Below the pieces are notes generated by a model that had not been told where the DNA came from, ran no database searches, and was given only the letters and a program-made list of their open reading frames with translations. Positions 35,895 through 50,800 of a stretch of 64,000 bases of DNA are shown here, piece after piece. Every line of letters starts with the position of its first letter. Position 1 is the first letter of the stretch. Origin of the DNA: Ophelia neglecta (lineage: Eukaryota); assembly GCA_965285935.1 (NCBI GenBank), contig OZ260664.1:91884001-91948000 (forward strand), given 5' to 3'. The position numbers were made by a program, and so were the translations under genes.

Positions 35895-36539
35895 GTTTGG
35901 CAGCATGGTCAGTGCACCAACGAGGTGAGCTGGTTCAATGCACAGCAAGAGTGGGAAACAAATAAAAAAAAAATGAAACATCCTAACTATTATATTCGGG
36001 TACACTTGTTATGCAAAGGTCAGTAAAATTTCAAATATAGAGAGTCGTAGTGTTGATATTATTCACATTTGTTTATCGTTTGAAGTGTTTATTTATTGTT
36101 ATATGACTGTAAATAAAAGTGTAATAAGTATAATATATGCATTATATATCCTCAGAACGTCGTGGTTGTTTATTTCTTTGAAGGAAAAGTGCCAAATACG
36201 TCTCGTCATGAAACCGTCAAAGAACCACAATTCCAAGTTATATTATTTGCCGATTTACTTATATTTCATAACTGATGCGCTTTGTCATGAACACCTGTAC
36301 GTAAAAGGAATAACATGCAACCCTTGCTAAATCAGCTTATTCGTTGCATAAAATGACAAAGAGAAGTAATTCCCAAATGATCTGCTTTGCATTAAGTAAG
36401 GAATTAAAAGGTTCCTGCATTGGCGTATTCTTAACAAGGTTATGTTGATTTATCCGTGCATCAATGTTTGAGGCAGTTCGTAACATTGATACTTCCCTTC
36501 CTGCTTTCGAGGCGACGACATTCCTATTTTCCAAAGCTT

Positions 36540-36750
36540 CATTAGTCCGAAAGTTCACTAGTACATTTGTCCGAAGGTTCATTTGTCCGAAGGTCAACTT
36601 GTCCGAAGGTTCATTAGTCTATCCACCGAAAGTACATTAGTCCATTTGTCCGAAGGATCATTTGTCCGAACGTCAACTTGTCCGAAGGTTCATCAGCCCA
36701 TTTGTCCGAAAGTACATTAGTCCATTTGTCCGAAGGATCATTTGTCCGAG
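36540..36750. repeat. Short-period tandem array of CATTTGTCCGAAGG-like units (about 11 GTCCGAA cores)
   Basis: Direct inspection; 15-23 nt spacing with higher-order duplication. Confidence 0.85.
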
Positions 36751-37904
36751 GATATATTTTGCCCTATGTGTTTGATTTGTGTTTTAATGTTGATTGAATA
36801 TGCTACAATTTGTTTGCTAATTATCAGATACCTTGGCCTACATTATTCTTTTCATTTATGGATCGATGACAAGAAATAAATCTATCATGTAGTTGGCGTT
36901 TGCATATATACCACACTTATAATACTAAACCCGCATCGGACTGGGGACGACTAAACTTCCTTTATCATGTTTATTGTAATTTCTATTTGTTATAGAGTTG
37001 GAGGGCCTATACATATTACTCTAGGTTATTGGAAAATTTATCATTTTTACACAACCTGTACATTCCTGCTGGTTGCGTCTAAGTACATCGAGATGACCAC
37101 TGTGGTTTGGCTGCAAGAAACATTCGCAAACACCAGAGGTTTTACCGGGAAATCACCTTTGATCTATCATGGATGTAGTTACCCCGACGTTCTGACAATT
37201 AAGATTTCCTCATTAAAATAATGCACCAACGCACTCTTTAACAATATAATTGCTTAACGAATAACTACGTGTAAGTTTTACGAAAGAAAGCATATTAATA
37301 AAAAGGATCCAAGCGTTATGCATCAGATGGGTTTCATTCACAGCGGACAAGCACGTAGACACCTTGCTTATACGTTCAGTCATACCATGTGCAAAGTGAC
37401 CGGTGAACCAGACACCATGAGTGCCTCCGTCTTGAAACATTAGTAGTTTAGGTCCGCCGGTCCCGACATCATATAGTATATCAGGGATCCGGGTTGGAAA
37501 TCTTGGTTTATAACGTCCCTCGTTCGCTCAACACCAATTTATCACGTCCTCAAAGACTTATTATCTTAGGGTTTTGAAATACCAAGGGACCATATAAACG
37601 CATGCACCGTAAGTAACAGACCTCTTTATTGCAACATCTCGGATCTATTAGGGCAAGAGGCTACAGAATACTAGCCTGACCTTCGCCAGGAAAAAATGCT
37701 TTAATCGAATTCATCAAAAGACGTGCGATTGGATACCCGCCGAACAAAACAAAGACATTATTCAAGAACAGTCCATTAAAATACTGGTACTCCGATCATT
37801 ATTTGATATTATTTACTTGTCTGAGGTTAATGTGGATAAGTTTGAGTTATTTGGGGTTATTGGAACTTATTGCTCATAATTGTGGCCTGCTGTGATTAAT
37901 TGTT

Positions 37905-38100
37905 AGAGTTTTTATGATTTATTGTGATTTATCGTGAATTATCATGCGTAATTGTAGGTTATCGTGAATAATCATGATTATGTTGAGATATCATGAATTA
38001 TTGTTAGTTGTCGTAGTCTATTGCGAGGAATAAAGGTTTATCGTGAGTTATCTTATGTTATCTTGAATTAGTGTGAGATATCGAGAATTAGTCTGAATTG
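37905..38100. repeat. Degenerate 10-bp tandem repeat, TTATCGTGAA-like
   Basis: Recurrent TATC(A/G)TGA at about 10-nt period. Confidence 0.6.
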
Positions 38101-38527
38101 TTGTCACCTATTTTATGCTATTGAACATCATTGGTCTTATTTTGTGCTACTGTCCATTATTGTTTAGGTATTGCCTTTTGATTTATTATGGTATATTGTG
38201 TATTTACTCTGGCTATCGTACTTTATCGTTAGCTACCATGTGTTATCGTGGTTTGTTGTTTGGGGTTTCATTATAGTTAAAACTATAGTTTTACTTAAGT
38301 TGTTTCATAAGGTAAGATGTCGTAATCCAGTAAAGTCAGTTTTGGCGTCGAATTCAGTGCTAGCTTTTCACATTTTTTCACTAAAACATAACACAATAAT
38401 AAAATGATAAAATGGGTCGTTTCCTCGTAAACCTTAATTGACTTCAGATGTCTGTATATTTTTAAAATGTACGAAAAACGTGCACAAGTAAAGCAAGCGC
38501 AAATTTATACCAAATGCCCAAATTATA

Positions 38528-40020
38528 GTCAAGTCAAGTCAAGTTCTTTTTATTTCCATATCAAATAACTAGTACAAAATGAAATAATTTGCCAGGATGA
38601 CTCCTCCTAAGAAATAAATCGCTAACGGGGGAGCCACCTTAATAATTACGAAGTAAATTTATATCATGTAACGTTAACAAGTATTATAATTATAGTCTTT
38701 AATAGTACCATCCTGCCTGCATAACAACACCACATGCCCGAGTATGGACGGAGATGACGCAGAGAACAATTTATGATGAATCAAACAGAATGTAAACCGG
38801 AGCAAAGAAAAAGGGGGGGAAGCGGCAGCAGCGGGGCACCACAGGAAACAAAACAACAAAAGAAAACATGCCTTAGCCTATGCATACCAATAACACATCA
38901 TGCCACTCCACACATACAGACACATGCGGAAAACCACCCACATCTGCAGATGAACAGACAGCCAGAACACCAACTTGTGGACAGCAGAATGTTCATAGAA
39001 TACATGTAATATTTACATCAAGAATGACATACATAACAGTTTAATATGTTGCATGTGTCTTGATATTGATCTATATAGAACCTTTTAGCGTACATTGCGA
39101 ATCCTCTGATACTATGAGTGTAAACCTTATCTCTAATAATACTTGGGGTATCATTTAGTATGCGTAAAATATTAAATCTAATACAACCATCAGCAAAGAC
39201 ATGGAAGGATCTAGGAATATGATAATTTGAATTTGCCCTAGTATTATACGTATGGGTTTCAGAAATTTTTTTTATCGGTATGTTTTTAAGATATGTTGGT
39301 AGCAGGTCTTTTTCATGTTTGAAGAAAAACTTGAGTGTATTTATTTTATATAAGTCATCGACTTTCAGTAGATTCAGCTTTTTTAAGATAGGTTCAGTGT
39401 GGGCGTTATATTTATTTTTGGATATAATTCGGACTGCACGTTTTTGTGATTTTAGCAGGTTGTTTGCCTTGTGTCCCCAGGCAAGAATACAATATGTAAG
39501 TTGTGGAAGAATTAGTGTATTATACAAAGTCAATAGTATGTCACATGGAAGTGTTTTCTTCATACGATTTAAAACGCCATTAGTCTTGGAGATTTTATTG
39601 GTGATTTTTCTAATATGTGATTCCCAATTCATTGACTTATTTATTGATAAGCCCAGAAAGTCGAATTCATCAACACATTCAATTTCCACCATATCAATTT
39701 TAACGACTGGCCTTTTTACTTTTTTCTGGGGCCTATGAAATATCATACATTTGGTTTTTTTTATATTAAGAGATAATTTATTTACTTTTAACCACATACT
39801 TATTTCATCAAGCTCCAGATTGATATTTCTGGATATGTCATATTCATGATTTGTAGGATGGAAAGCCTGGAGAGTGCTGGATAACGTGGTGTCATCTGCA
39901 TAAACTATTGATCTAAAAATTTTGCTGGCATTATTAAGGTCATTAATATATATAATAAAGAGAAGAGGACCTAAGATTGACCCTTGAGGAACGCCAGTTT
40001 TTACTTTTAAAAGTGTTGAG
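38528..40020 (-). mobile_element. 5'-truncated CR1/L2-group LINE (RT C-terminal half, 3'UTR, (GACTT)n tail)
   Basis: Minus strand TGVPQGSILGPLLFIIYIND..YADD, continuing into ORF 39018..39797 (WLKVNKLSLNIKKTK..CNILNCYVC); 3' stem GGTGGCTCC..GGAGTCATC; AATAAA + ACTTGACTTGACTTGAC. Confidence 0.9.
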
Positions 40021-43000
40021 CGAATCGTGGCAATCTCTACATACTGCCTTCGATTTGTTAAATAACTTTGTATTAAATTATAGGAGTTACTATTTATTCC
40101 AACATTATTATTATAACATGTATATGTTAGGGAATATCATAAATAAGTTTTATTCGAGGTTTATAATTTTTTGTTTTCTTCCCCGGATAGCAGATGGGTA
40201 TTAATGTTAAAAAATTGTAAAGCAACATTTATCTATTTGTCGATAAAATGATTCATAGTGTGGACAATCGCGCTGTTAACCGGGTTACCAGCTGGGTAAC
40301 CTATTGAATTATTCAATTTATGTGCAACGGAATATGCTAGCAAATGACAAAATGACAACTAATTTGTTTCTACTAGTTATTTCAAATCAGGTCATACAAC
40401 CTATAGATTCAAGCTCCGTTATATGGGTCGTCTGTTACAGGTATAATGTTTCAGTTACCTGAATCGCTTGCATTTGTAGATCATGTGGCTCTAAACCAAA
40501 GCAGCTTGGTAGGATTGGCGATCTACATGTCTGACTCCAGCATCTCCAGTGGATGGTTGTGTCTTAGGGACGCCATGGGGACAATGTTCAAAATAGTGGA
40601 TCAGCGGCTTTGCATAATATTTTTTTCCCCAGCGTCGAATACCAAGTTTAATCGGAAAGAAAAAAATATTTTGTCTTCATGGTTACCAAAACAACTAGAT
40701 TTGTTGTCGTGCGTAACTACCCATTGGGACGTATTTTAATATTGGATCAATGCGCGTCACCTAGGGGATCTGTTTTGGAAATTGCTCAAATTAATGTTTC
40801 TGCTATAACGTTACAATTTTTAAATGTTTAAGTTTTAATGCTGTATATACACTCAAATCATTGCATCGAGAATCAAAACCTTAAAATAACGTTTCTTATC
40901 ATTTTGGATGAAAAATCACGAGGCACACGCCTAAATTTGGGGAATTTGTTAGAACAGCTAAATTGAGAGCTGCCAGTGCATGGGCATCTTGGATCCATAA
41001 AAGCCTTGATAGATTCTAGGTACCCTTCCATGCCATGATTTAAAGTCTGCACCTGACGTCTTGAGTATTATCCGGCAAGCTTTAGCGGGGCGAGGGGGGT
41101 GGGACTAATTGAGCTGCTATAGTTCATGAATGATAATGTTCCTCCTTCGGTCGAGTGTCCCTGACACGTTGAACAGTTTTGCCGCCATCAGGGATATCAT
41201 TGAAGCACATAGCTACTCAATGAAGTAAAGGATTATGTCCGACAAATCGATAGGTAATTAAATTCACGAGATTCTTGGTGGTATTACTTGGTAGGTTGAT
41301 CTGAATAGAATCACATATTATAGAACGGCGAGTGCAATACAACCTGATCTAATGGTCATTAATATAAATAACACCGGGTTTACGCCGAGACACAAAGTAA
41401 AATCGACTATGACACCTCACACTGCTTAACATATGGGAGCGGATACCTGGGTGACAGACTTAAATCATTTAGAAAGAATGGTCAATTAAAACTGTGCGAA
41501 GCGTAATAAACGTATATCTAAACATATACGAATTCAATTACCCATTATTCTAGTAAGCTCATTTTGAAATCAAAGGGTTTAATGTTGTTTCATTAAAAAA
41601 ACGTTGGCTACGGAGAATACTGTGCTGGACTCTTTGTTGATCATAATAAAAAAACACATGCTCTGCTCGTGAACGTGTTTTCAAAAGGTATAAGCTTTAC
41701 AAAAGTGGAAGCTATGGCAAAAAAACCAGTAGCCACTTAGCCTCGGCTAGCATGAACAAAATCATTATTTTGTAAAGTCTACAAAAACCAGTTTATATCT
41801 AGCCTAAATTTATGTTGATTGGATAACGGTTGATTTCAAAATTGTCTGGTAATACAGATTATTGGGCGCATTATGTAGCTTTTACCACAGCTTTCGCTTT
41901 CACCGTTTAAACAAATCCTTTGTATATGATGGTATAAAACATTGTATAGCTTTGATGTAGTTTTAGCAGCCCGTTTCCCCTAATGAAAAGTGCGATTGTA
42001 GTCCTTAATAGCCACCGTTAGTTTCAGCCGCTGCAAGTGGAAAAGCAGTATCGGAACATATATGCACTGAAATCCTCAAGATCCCCCACCCCGTTCGGCC
42101 TCTTGTGGGCTTAAACTGTGAGGCACGACAACGCAATAGATGGACTGCTATAAATATTTACCTTAGTCTTCAGACTTTAGACAGTCAAGAAGGAACATGA
42201 TTAATGGTTATTTCATGTCACCACCTTGCTGAGATGGTTGATTTTATTTTTAAATGGACGGATCATACTACAGTTTGACTTTCCCGTCAGGTGGCTAAAC
42301 ATTGGCCATTCTTTAGACACCCAGCCGTTTAATTAACTTTTTCCAAATGCACTTTTTATCCTTAATATTCTTTAAAGTCGTTTTAAATGTACTTCTTTTT
42401 GGGTATTTCCTTTACAAATGGAGACTACACTCTTGTGATTGTTTAGTTGTGTTAAATTCTAATGATGAAAACTTTTTGGACGTCTCTTGGGAATCTTGGG
42501 GTCTCTTGCAGTCTAAACTGATGTAAAACTACAAATGCCTGCATCTTTAAAATGTTTCTAAACGAAGACTAATGCCGAAGTACACTTTAACTAATGCATC
42601 CTTAATGGAACTAAACAACGATTCTAAGTTTTTTCTAAGGCTATTAAGATCTACACATCCAGTGACACAGAATCTTTGGATTCACAAGCGTTGCTGTTTA
42701 TTAACTGCTCTTTAATTTCCAAATTTTGTACATGATACGGATCAAAAAGGTGAAAGTAACGTGACAACGATTTTATTTCATTTGAGTTACGTTACACACA
42801 TGTTGATTTTTTTACTGGAGAAAAATTTGTTTGCAGGGGAATTATGAGAACAAAGTTTGTTTGGGTGGAGGCAAAAAAGAAATATTTTGAAAAAATCCCC
42901 CCCCCCGCCACCCCCCCCCCCTACATTATCAAATAGTCGGCCCTTAAGTGAATCGCACGATCGATTTTTTTGAAAATACCATCTACATGTATCTAGTTTT

Positions 43001-45559
43001 AGGCTTTGTTCTAGGGTAAATGCCCAATAAATTATGTTGGTCTATTATACCACTGCGTATTAAACTTTCAAACACAACGTCTTACTATGAGGACACGTAT
43101 TGCCCAAAAATAGATGGACGAGGACCCAACGTATGGTTTTCAGGCGACCGCATCAACACGTGTTGGACAAATCTGGCCTGCTAGTTGTTATATGATGCAA
43201 GGAAGACACGTCGACTTTAGGCTGTATCCCGCCATAAATCTCAATGAGTATGGCTAGCTAGTACTCAATAATTTGAGTTGGTAGAGATATCCCCCGCTTG
43301 CAGCGTCTGGGGCAGATACGGCGGATTGATCATTTAAACGCATTAGTCGACTGCTAATATACATTCTACCGCCTGTATCATCACAGCCAGAGGAGATTCA
43401 GCCTTGGCCGTACTCACTCTCAGACACGGCATCGGCTGGGTCAGACATGTCGCATTGCCATTTGCGACCTGAACATGTAGCACTCGACTGTAAATATGCA
43501 TTTTACCACCCGTATCATTAAAACCAGCAGTAATGCGGCCTGGGCCGCACTCTGCTTTGTCCTCAGCCTCATCGAGCAGCCAGGAAGGATGGCAAAACAA
43601 GTCACGCACAAAGCGGATGCACACAGACATGCTAGTGGTAATAAATATTTTTCCCCATTTGCTTTTGTATCATACTTTAGACTAGTCTCCCTTATTACAA
43701 ATGCTTAAAGATTTCTAGTGTCTTAGAGATTTCTCTGGCTGTCATTGATTTGAAAATTTATACACATAGTTGATAAGCGAAGACGGGTGGCAGGTGCTTG
43801 AGTATATTTTACATCAGCGGTTTACTATGCGCTGACGTACTCATTTCGAAGAAGATTGGGCGGAAACAAGTTTGTGTTGGCGGCCTGTATCTACTGGCAA
43901 TGCTCAAATGGCATTTCCAGTCACCGACCAGTGTTATTTACCAAGCTCCCGACTTAATGGAAACATCCGTACTATACCTGTTGTGCCCCTGTTCTGAGAC
44001 TCACGATCTCGCAATGCAAATAAAATGATGCTTTTAGTAAATACTGATACGAGTACAGTCCAAATAGTCTGTAATTTATAAATTCCTAATCGGTCCGACA
44101 TAAATGTCCAAGGAAATGTCCATTGCAGTTAGACATATTAAAGATAAGGTTGTACAAGCGCAACAAAGCATGCGAAAACTTGAAAGAATAAACATGCTAA
44201 AGGTTCTTATATACTTCCTTGGTGATAAGGCCGTTTTTGTAAACTTCTATTTTGTCAGTAACTATTGAAAAATGACTAAGTCAACACAACGGAATTGAAC
44301 CTTGACATATTCGAATTCCGCCACTTTCATTAATATACTAGTCTTCAAGCTGATGGAGGTAAAAAATGTTGGGCACAGGTCGAAAAATGACTGATGAGAA
44401 ATGAAAATAATACCATTTGAATAAGGTATTCTCTTGCCTCGGACCCAAATGCATAGCGCTTGTCTGAGAAGTTGATAATGGACTTGGCCTAGATGTCGGC
44501 GACAGCCAGCGTCTGAGGCAGAAATGGCGGATAGGTTATTAAGTGGCATGATAGCGTGCTCTGAAAATACAGATTTATATACCGTCTGTGTCATAACAGC
44601 GATCAGAAATGCAATTAAAGCAGATAGAAATGCAATTAATTCAGAAGAAAATGGCAGCTATTCTCACGAAAAGTTGGCCAATGTTCATCCATGGCGCCTT
44701 TTTTTTATAGCTGAAGCAGCTAGATGAAAAATGGATGTGTAAAGAAAGACACAAATGCTAAATATAAATTGTTCAGTGAAAATAAGGTCATTGAGAATAA
44801 AAAACGGTAGCTGATAAGTGAGAAATCAGTTCTTTTATCTTGGAAATCATGCGGGCTATTTGAGCAAAATACAATAAACACCGACCATGATGGTTTGTTT
44901 GCTTTGGCTAAACAAATGGATGGCAGTCAGATGGACATGACTCGACTGGTCACTGCCTCTTCCTTCCATTTAATACGAAAGTTTGAGGCATTAGGAACAA
45001 CCTGTTTACCACTTAATAATGCATAGACCATACATTTAATATATATGAATATAAGGTCAGAATGGAAAAGTCGATGCACATTTTTTAACTAGTATATTAT
45101 CACATATTATTATCAAACACCAAGGTCCAGAAGATGGCTTTAGTTTCTTATCATGAAAAAGTGGTTATTTATTAATTTTAGGGCCCATCCTTGAGATTTA
45201 AATATTACGCTTTCATGGCGAAGAAATCTTAAAATTCACCATAGGAGATGCCCAACGATAGGCTGGTGACGACAAATTGTCTGTCGCCCTTTGACCATAT
45301 ATGAAGATCGTTTCCCCAGCTTTTTTCTGTCTCATTAATGAGCCAGTGCAGTTTGCTTTCTTAATGCACACATTAATAGATAGTGGAGATTTATTTGATG
45401 TGGAACTTCTATGATTTTCTTAAAAATAATGGGAGAAGAATCTTGGAGGCAAAGGAATATCATAAAGAAAACGTCATCAATCAATAATCAATTTAGCCCT
45501 GTTCAAAATTCAATTCAAATACATAAAAAACCTGAACCATGTTCGATGCTCCCATTCAA

Positions 45560-46100
45560 ACGAAGCCAAGCACAACAAATTGACCCAATAATGAAACACT
45601 CGTGTTCACATTGACCGAATGATAAACTCCTAGCGTTCATATTGAACTACAAACAAACCATTCGTGTTCTCAGTGACCGCATGTGAAACTAGTCATCATC
45701 GATAGTGAATGACAAATCACTCATGAAAATACTGACCTACAAACAAACCACTTATGTTCATATTGATCTTAACACAAATCACACGTGTTCATATTCACCT
45801 AAAAACATACCACTCTTGTCGACATTGACCAAAATGCAAACGACTCCTGTCCATATTGACCACAAAGTAAACGATTTTTCCTTATTGACCTAAACAATTA
45901 ACAGCTAGGATCAAAATAACCAAAAACCAATCCTCTCGTGTCCATATTGACCTGAAAATAACCCACTCGTGTCAACAATGATCTGAGAACAACCCTATCT
46001 TGTCCATATCAATCTAAAACAACCAATTTGTGTCCATATAGACATAAAACTAAAACCGCAAGCGTTCTTGCCGACTTACAAACAAACCACTCATGTTCAT
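45560..46100. repeat. Degenerate ~33-35-bp tandem repeat (GTGT(T/C)CATATTGACC..AAACAAACCACTC)
   Basis: Recurrent CATATTGA(C) and AAACAAACCAC motifs at fairly regular spacing. Confidence 0.65.
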
Positions 46101-47572
46101 ATACGTGTTAATATATAAGCGTAGCCTTCACTGCCAATCACACAGCAATAACAATATTTTTCGGTTGGAAATTTTGAAGCTTGTGCGCAAACGGTGGCAT
46201 TGTCGTCGTAGCTTCTTAATGAATTGAAGATTTAGTTGTTCGTATAAACATAACAGAGAAAAACTATAATTTGACACCCAATGTAAACCGAAGCATGAAA
46301 CTTTTCGTTGTTCAATGCTACATTAAAATGTAGTCTTTGTGCAACATTTTTTAGTAATGATGTACTTTCTTTTTGATGTCCTATTAATATGAAGGCCAAT
46401 AATGGTGTCCCCAATTGGCGAATTCTCTGTCGTAAAAATATATCAAAATGAAAACAAAATAATGATATGAGTAGTATACCCGCCACCACACAGTGAAAAA
46501 GTAGAAATTAATATCCCTAGTGGTGCTCGGGTATTTAATCTATTACCAGAGTAAATACTAAGTTTAATGTTTACAGTGATAAATATGAAAGTAATGCATT
46601 TCATATATTTGTTGTACTCATTCAAGGCTTTGATGATTTAAATTTAACTTGGTGAAATCATTCTATTCGTCTTCATTACTGATAGATTTTTTCGTGGGTG
46701 GGGGTGGGGTGTGGGGGGTGGGAGGGGATTGCTGTATATGGGTCTGTGCCTGCTACCTTCTGGCGATTTCTAACCAATAATGTAAAGGTCTTGATTGCTG
46801 CTTTGCCTTTTCCGACGGTTATCCACTCCTGTTTATTAGGCAGCAGATATGCGCCATATAGAGCCTTGTTGGGCTGCTGTTAATCCCCAGCGACACGATC
46901 TGTCCACATTTTGTAACTGGGTATTATATCTGACTCCAGGCAATGGCATTCTGTTAACAACACATCATTGTGAACAGTCATCTAGATGCCAACAACCAAG
47001 GCGACATGATAAAATCATCCGTCTACTGGCAGGAAATAAGGTTGATATTGAGCGGCCTCAGGGAGGCGACGATTTGTTCCTTGGAGTAATTCCTTATTTC
47101 ATTACTATTCGAATGCGAGTATCTTTTTTCTTGTTCACCGCCCACTCCTCACCACAATAGTGATTACATGGTTGCTTCATTTTAAGTCTTATGGGAATGC
47201 TCGGCTGGTATTAGAAGTCGGTCATTTACATCTATTTATAACGTTATTTCCTGTACCAATTGGCCTAATTGCTTTTTGGTGAGAAAGGAGTGTCCTTTAT
47301 TTTGTGCTAGTTTCAGGACGAAGATGATACTCTCGCCTGGATTTATTAAGTATAATATGATCTAATGGGAAACTAGATAAATGGTCACCACCAGATTGTG
47401 TTCAACCACGTCCCAGATACTCTGGTCTGCATTCATTAGACAAATTAAAATCAGTGGTCGTTTGCGAGCGGAGTACTTTATTTCCTTTTTAATGTTGTGT
47501 GTTATTCGATGTGAAGTTGTACTCTCATGCTTGATATTTCCTTTGTCTGAGAAATGATAGCAATTAACCCAG

Positions 47573-47875
47573 AAGCCAGCTATTCAGGGATTCTTCAACT
47601 TTAATCCAAGTTCAGACTTGAACTTGGAATTCTGACTTGGCAAAGATTATATTTCGACATAGCAACTTACCAAAGTCTAAGTATAGGTTCAAAGACCTAT
47701 TTAGCAGACTTGAGAAAAGACCAATTTGATTTCTAAAATCGGACTTGAAGCTAGGAATTTATTAACAACTCCTAGAGTGAAAAGTCACTTATGTGAAGTC
47801 AGAACTTGAATCTCAGGTCGAAATCCTTGGAAACAGACTTGGGCTTAAAGTCAAGAATCTTTTAACAACTAGCCC
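47573..47875. mobile_element. PIF/Harbinger-type MITE (diverged ~40-bp TIRs, CAG TSD)
   Basis: Left AAGCCAGCTATTCAGGGATTCTTCAACTTTAATCCAAG versus reverse complement of right GGGCTAGTTGTTAAAAGATTCTTGACTTTAAGCCCAAG; CAG at 47570-72 and 47876-78. Confidence 0.55.
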
Positions 47876-50800
47876 CAGACTCCAATGACTAAACTTTATA
47901 ACCAGGCGGTACCTATTAACCTATAGCTCACACAAGATTAAACAATCACGATAAAAGCTGCCTCGGGATATTTATCCACATAAGTAAATCAGTAGGTTTT
48001 CTCCGCCGGCTACCAAACAGCAAGAGGAAGGTTACCCAAACATCACAATTTAACTTTGGGATTAACTCTTTTAGATAAATTAAATGGTTCCTTTCTGAAA
48101 TGACCATTTTTGTAAATAGAAATGCCTTATATACAATAACTTAAGCGCACAGCAGTAAAAATAAGCACCATGACGCCAAAGAACCAAGAGTTGTAAAAGG
48201 GAAAGGTGGTAAACCGGAGAGCATGGGGAAACGGGGATATGGCGTGTAGCCTGGTGCTTAGTTAGGAAGACCCTGATCGACGTTGCCGTGAATAATCACC
48301 AAGACATCAGCGGTTGCTAAGCACCCATTATCTGAGAGAGGATGAAATTTGCCAGACATCCCAGGAGACAATTTTGCTGACCTATGGACGACATTTTTGA
48401 AGTCATATATGAACTCTGCTTGGAAAAATGGTTCATATTGTTGGAAAATAGAATAGACTTTTTTTGTAACAGATATATACATAAAAATTGAATATGACAC
48501 TGAGGGAAAAGCAGTGTTTGCTGATCATGGTGCCTAGCAGGACGTGATACTGATTTAACATGTGTCAAGTAAATTAGCACGTGTCTGGGATTGAGGCTAC
48601 AAACAGGTGATAGGCAAATAATGATAGAGCGACGAAAATTACTGCCTTGACAAAGAACAAATGCTTTCCAACTACTTGTAGATTGTAAGTACAGTGACAA
48701 CTGGCCTGTCCACTCATTTATGAATGGCCAATATGCTTTCAGCCACTTCCCTCTCTAATCCCCCCCGTTTTCCCAGCATTTCTGAGCAGTTTGCCGAGCC
48801 ATTTTCCCTCTGTTTGCCATCAGTATCCATCCGAATGGATTTTGTAGTTGTTATCGTATATTTGGCACTAAACCAAACTTCACAATTTAGGTGTGATTAT
48901 TGGCTTTATTAGTGAGTTAAAGATTATTCCGGGCATTTAATTTCGATAAGCAATGGGCTGTTGGCAGAAGTTATTTTGTAAAATTAAAATGGAGCTCTGA
49001 TATTTGCTTAGAATTTTGAAATAGCACAACGTTCGCCATTTTCTTTAGAAAAAAAATCAGCTTGTGAAACTTTGTCCAAATCGCTATTCAAACCATAGCT
49101 TCCGAACGCTTAAATAGGACGCATTGCTTAACGCCTCATCATTGCATCCCTTATATCAATGATCCATTTCAAAATAGTGCTTTGTGAACTCATATGTATG
49201 CTCTTTGAGTAACTTACTTTTTTTTTATTCTTTTTGCGTTCATAAAGAAAAGCAAGCGATATTAAGGCGAACGCATGCGAATCGAAATGTATTGTAAAAT
49301 TAAACTAATCCCAGATATATTAAAAATGAAGCCTCTTTGCCTGCCGATATTCAGCGATCAAAAGATTATTTTTATTTGGTTTGTTACTAAGCATTTGTGT
49401 ACGGTAGATTAGAGCGTCGTCCATTGATCAGCTTCATTGGGATTAAGCTTCAAAATAACCTTAACTTACTAGGTATATCAATGCTATAATAATATACATG
49501 TCCAGGTTTATACAAGAGAAGTTCCGATTGTCACTCGACAATATCAATGTTTTTGAAAATGTTTGGCATCACCCTGCCTGCTAAACGCACATACGAAACA
49601 GACTATAGATTTACTGTAATGGATTGACACAATGGGGCACGATAGCCCGAAGCGGTATTAAGTTTTGGGATTAGATTGGCTTATATCCGGTTGATTGAGA
49701 CAACGGACATCAGTGTTTCCTCTGACAAGAATTGATTCGTCTAAATCCAGAAGGAACAGGTGTAAAACCAAATTTAACTTCCAAAATTGTCGATTATATA
49801 GTGAAGACAGATTCAACACTTTTATTCTGATTCTTTATCGAAGTTAAGTCTGTTTCCAGAAACCAGGCCCCGCAGTTCAGCCACTATTGATTTTTTCGGA
49901 CAGTGGATGAACATTAACACGTCTGACGCAGATCACATGAAATAGAGGTTGCACATCTAGACACTCCAAGTATGTATTTATATCCTTCAATCAGCTATTT
50001 TCTGGACCATTTAATGCGGAGTCATTAGTATGGTTTCCATATATCAATGAATATAATGTGTAGTAATGGAAAACCATCGATGACGCCAGTGCAGGACCCA
50101 TTTGTAAATTTGTTTCATCTTGTTTTTGCTCTGAAGCATATATGATCGTATAGGAACAATTTGTAACATTGACATATATTTCGTCCACTCGACTTGCAAA
50201 ACAGGACAAAACAATTCATATAACTGTCAGACCTACACAGTTTTTATGGTGATTATTACTATAAAAACAACGATGACCCTTAAGCCTTTACATTGTATCA
50301 ATTTTCAGCTTCACTCCTGCCAATGAAGAGACTATTCAGGTTATTGAACGTAACCGTATGGAGTACTCATTATGTGTGCATTATTTAGAATAAGATCTTC
50401 CTAATTTTTTTCGTAGATACCCGAAGTATATTGATGATTAACAATATAAAATTTATGCTAAATATATGAAAAATTTGCACTCAACGCGCCTCTTCATTAT
50501 TTCCTAGTAGAACAATGTTTCATGTGTGGCCCAATTTGTAAAGTCAGCTTTATAAAACCATCGGCAAACCGAAAACGAGAGGACAGCGTGGAAGGAAATA
50601 TACTAAGATTGTCTCTCCAGGAAATATACTTTAACTCTCTTTCCACATGCTCTTGAACGTGACTTAAACGGTTTCTATCTATGATTCAGTGGCCGTTAGT
50701 GTGAAAGGAAATCACTTCTATCTTTCCTAACTGATGCATCATGAAATAATTATATAAAAACGGGAAGTAGTAATTCTGTATTGCAAAATAGCCTTTAAAG

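Noticed and set aside
43343-43708. GC-richer 95-aa and 70-aa ORFs
   Set aside because: No recognisable domain, splice partners or repeats; could be regulatory DNA but this cannot be supported.
48258-48500. Possible minus-strand terminal exon (AEFIYDFKN..GLPN*)
   Set aside because: Weak acceptor, no upstream exons or homology recognised.
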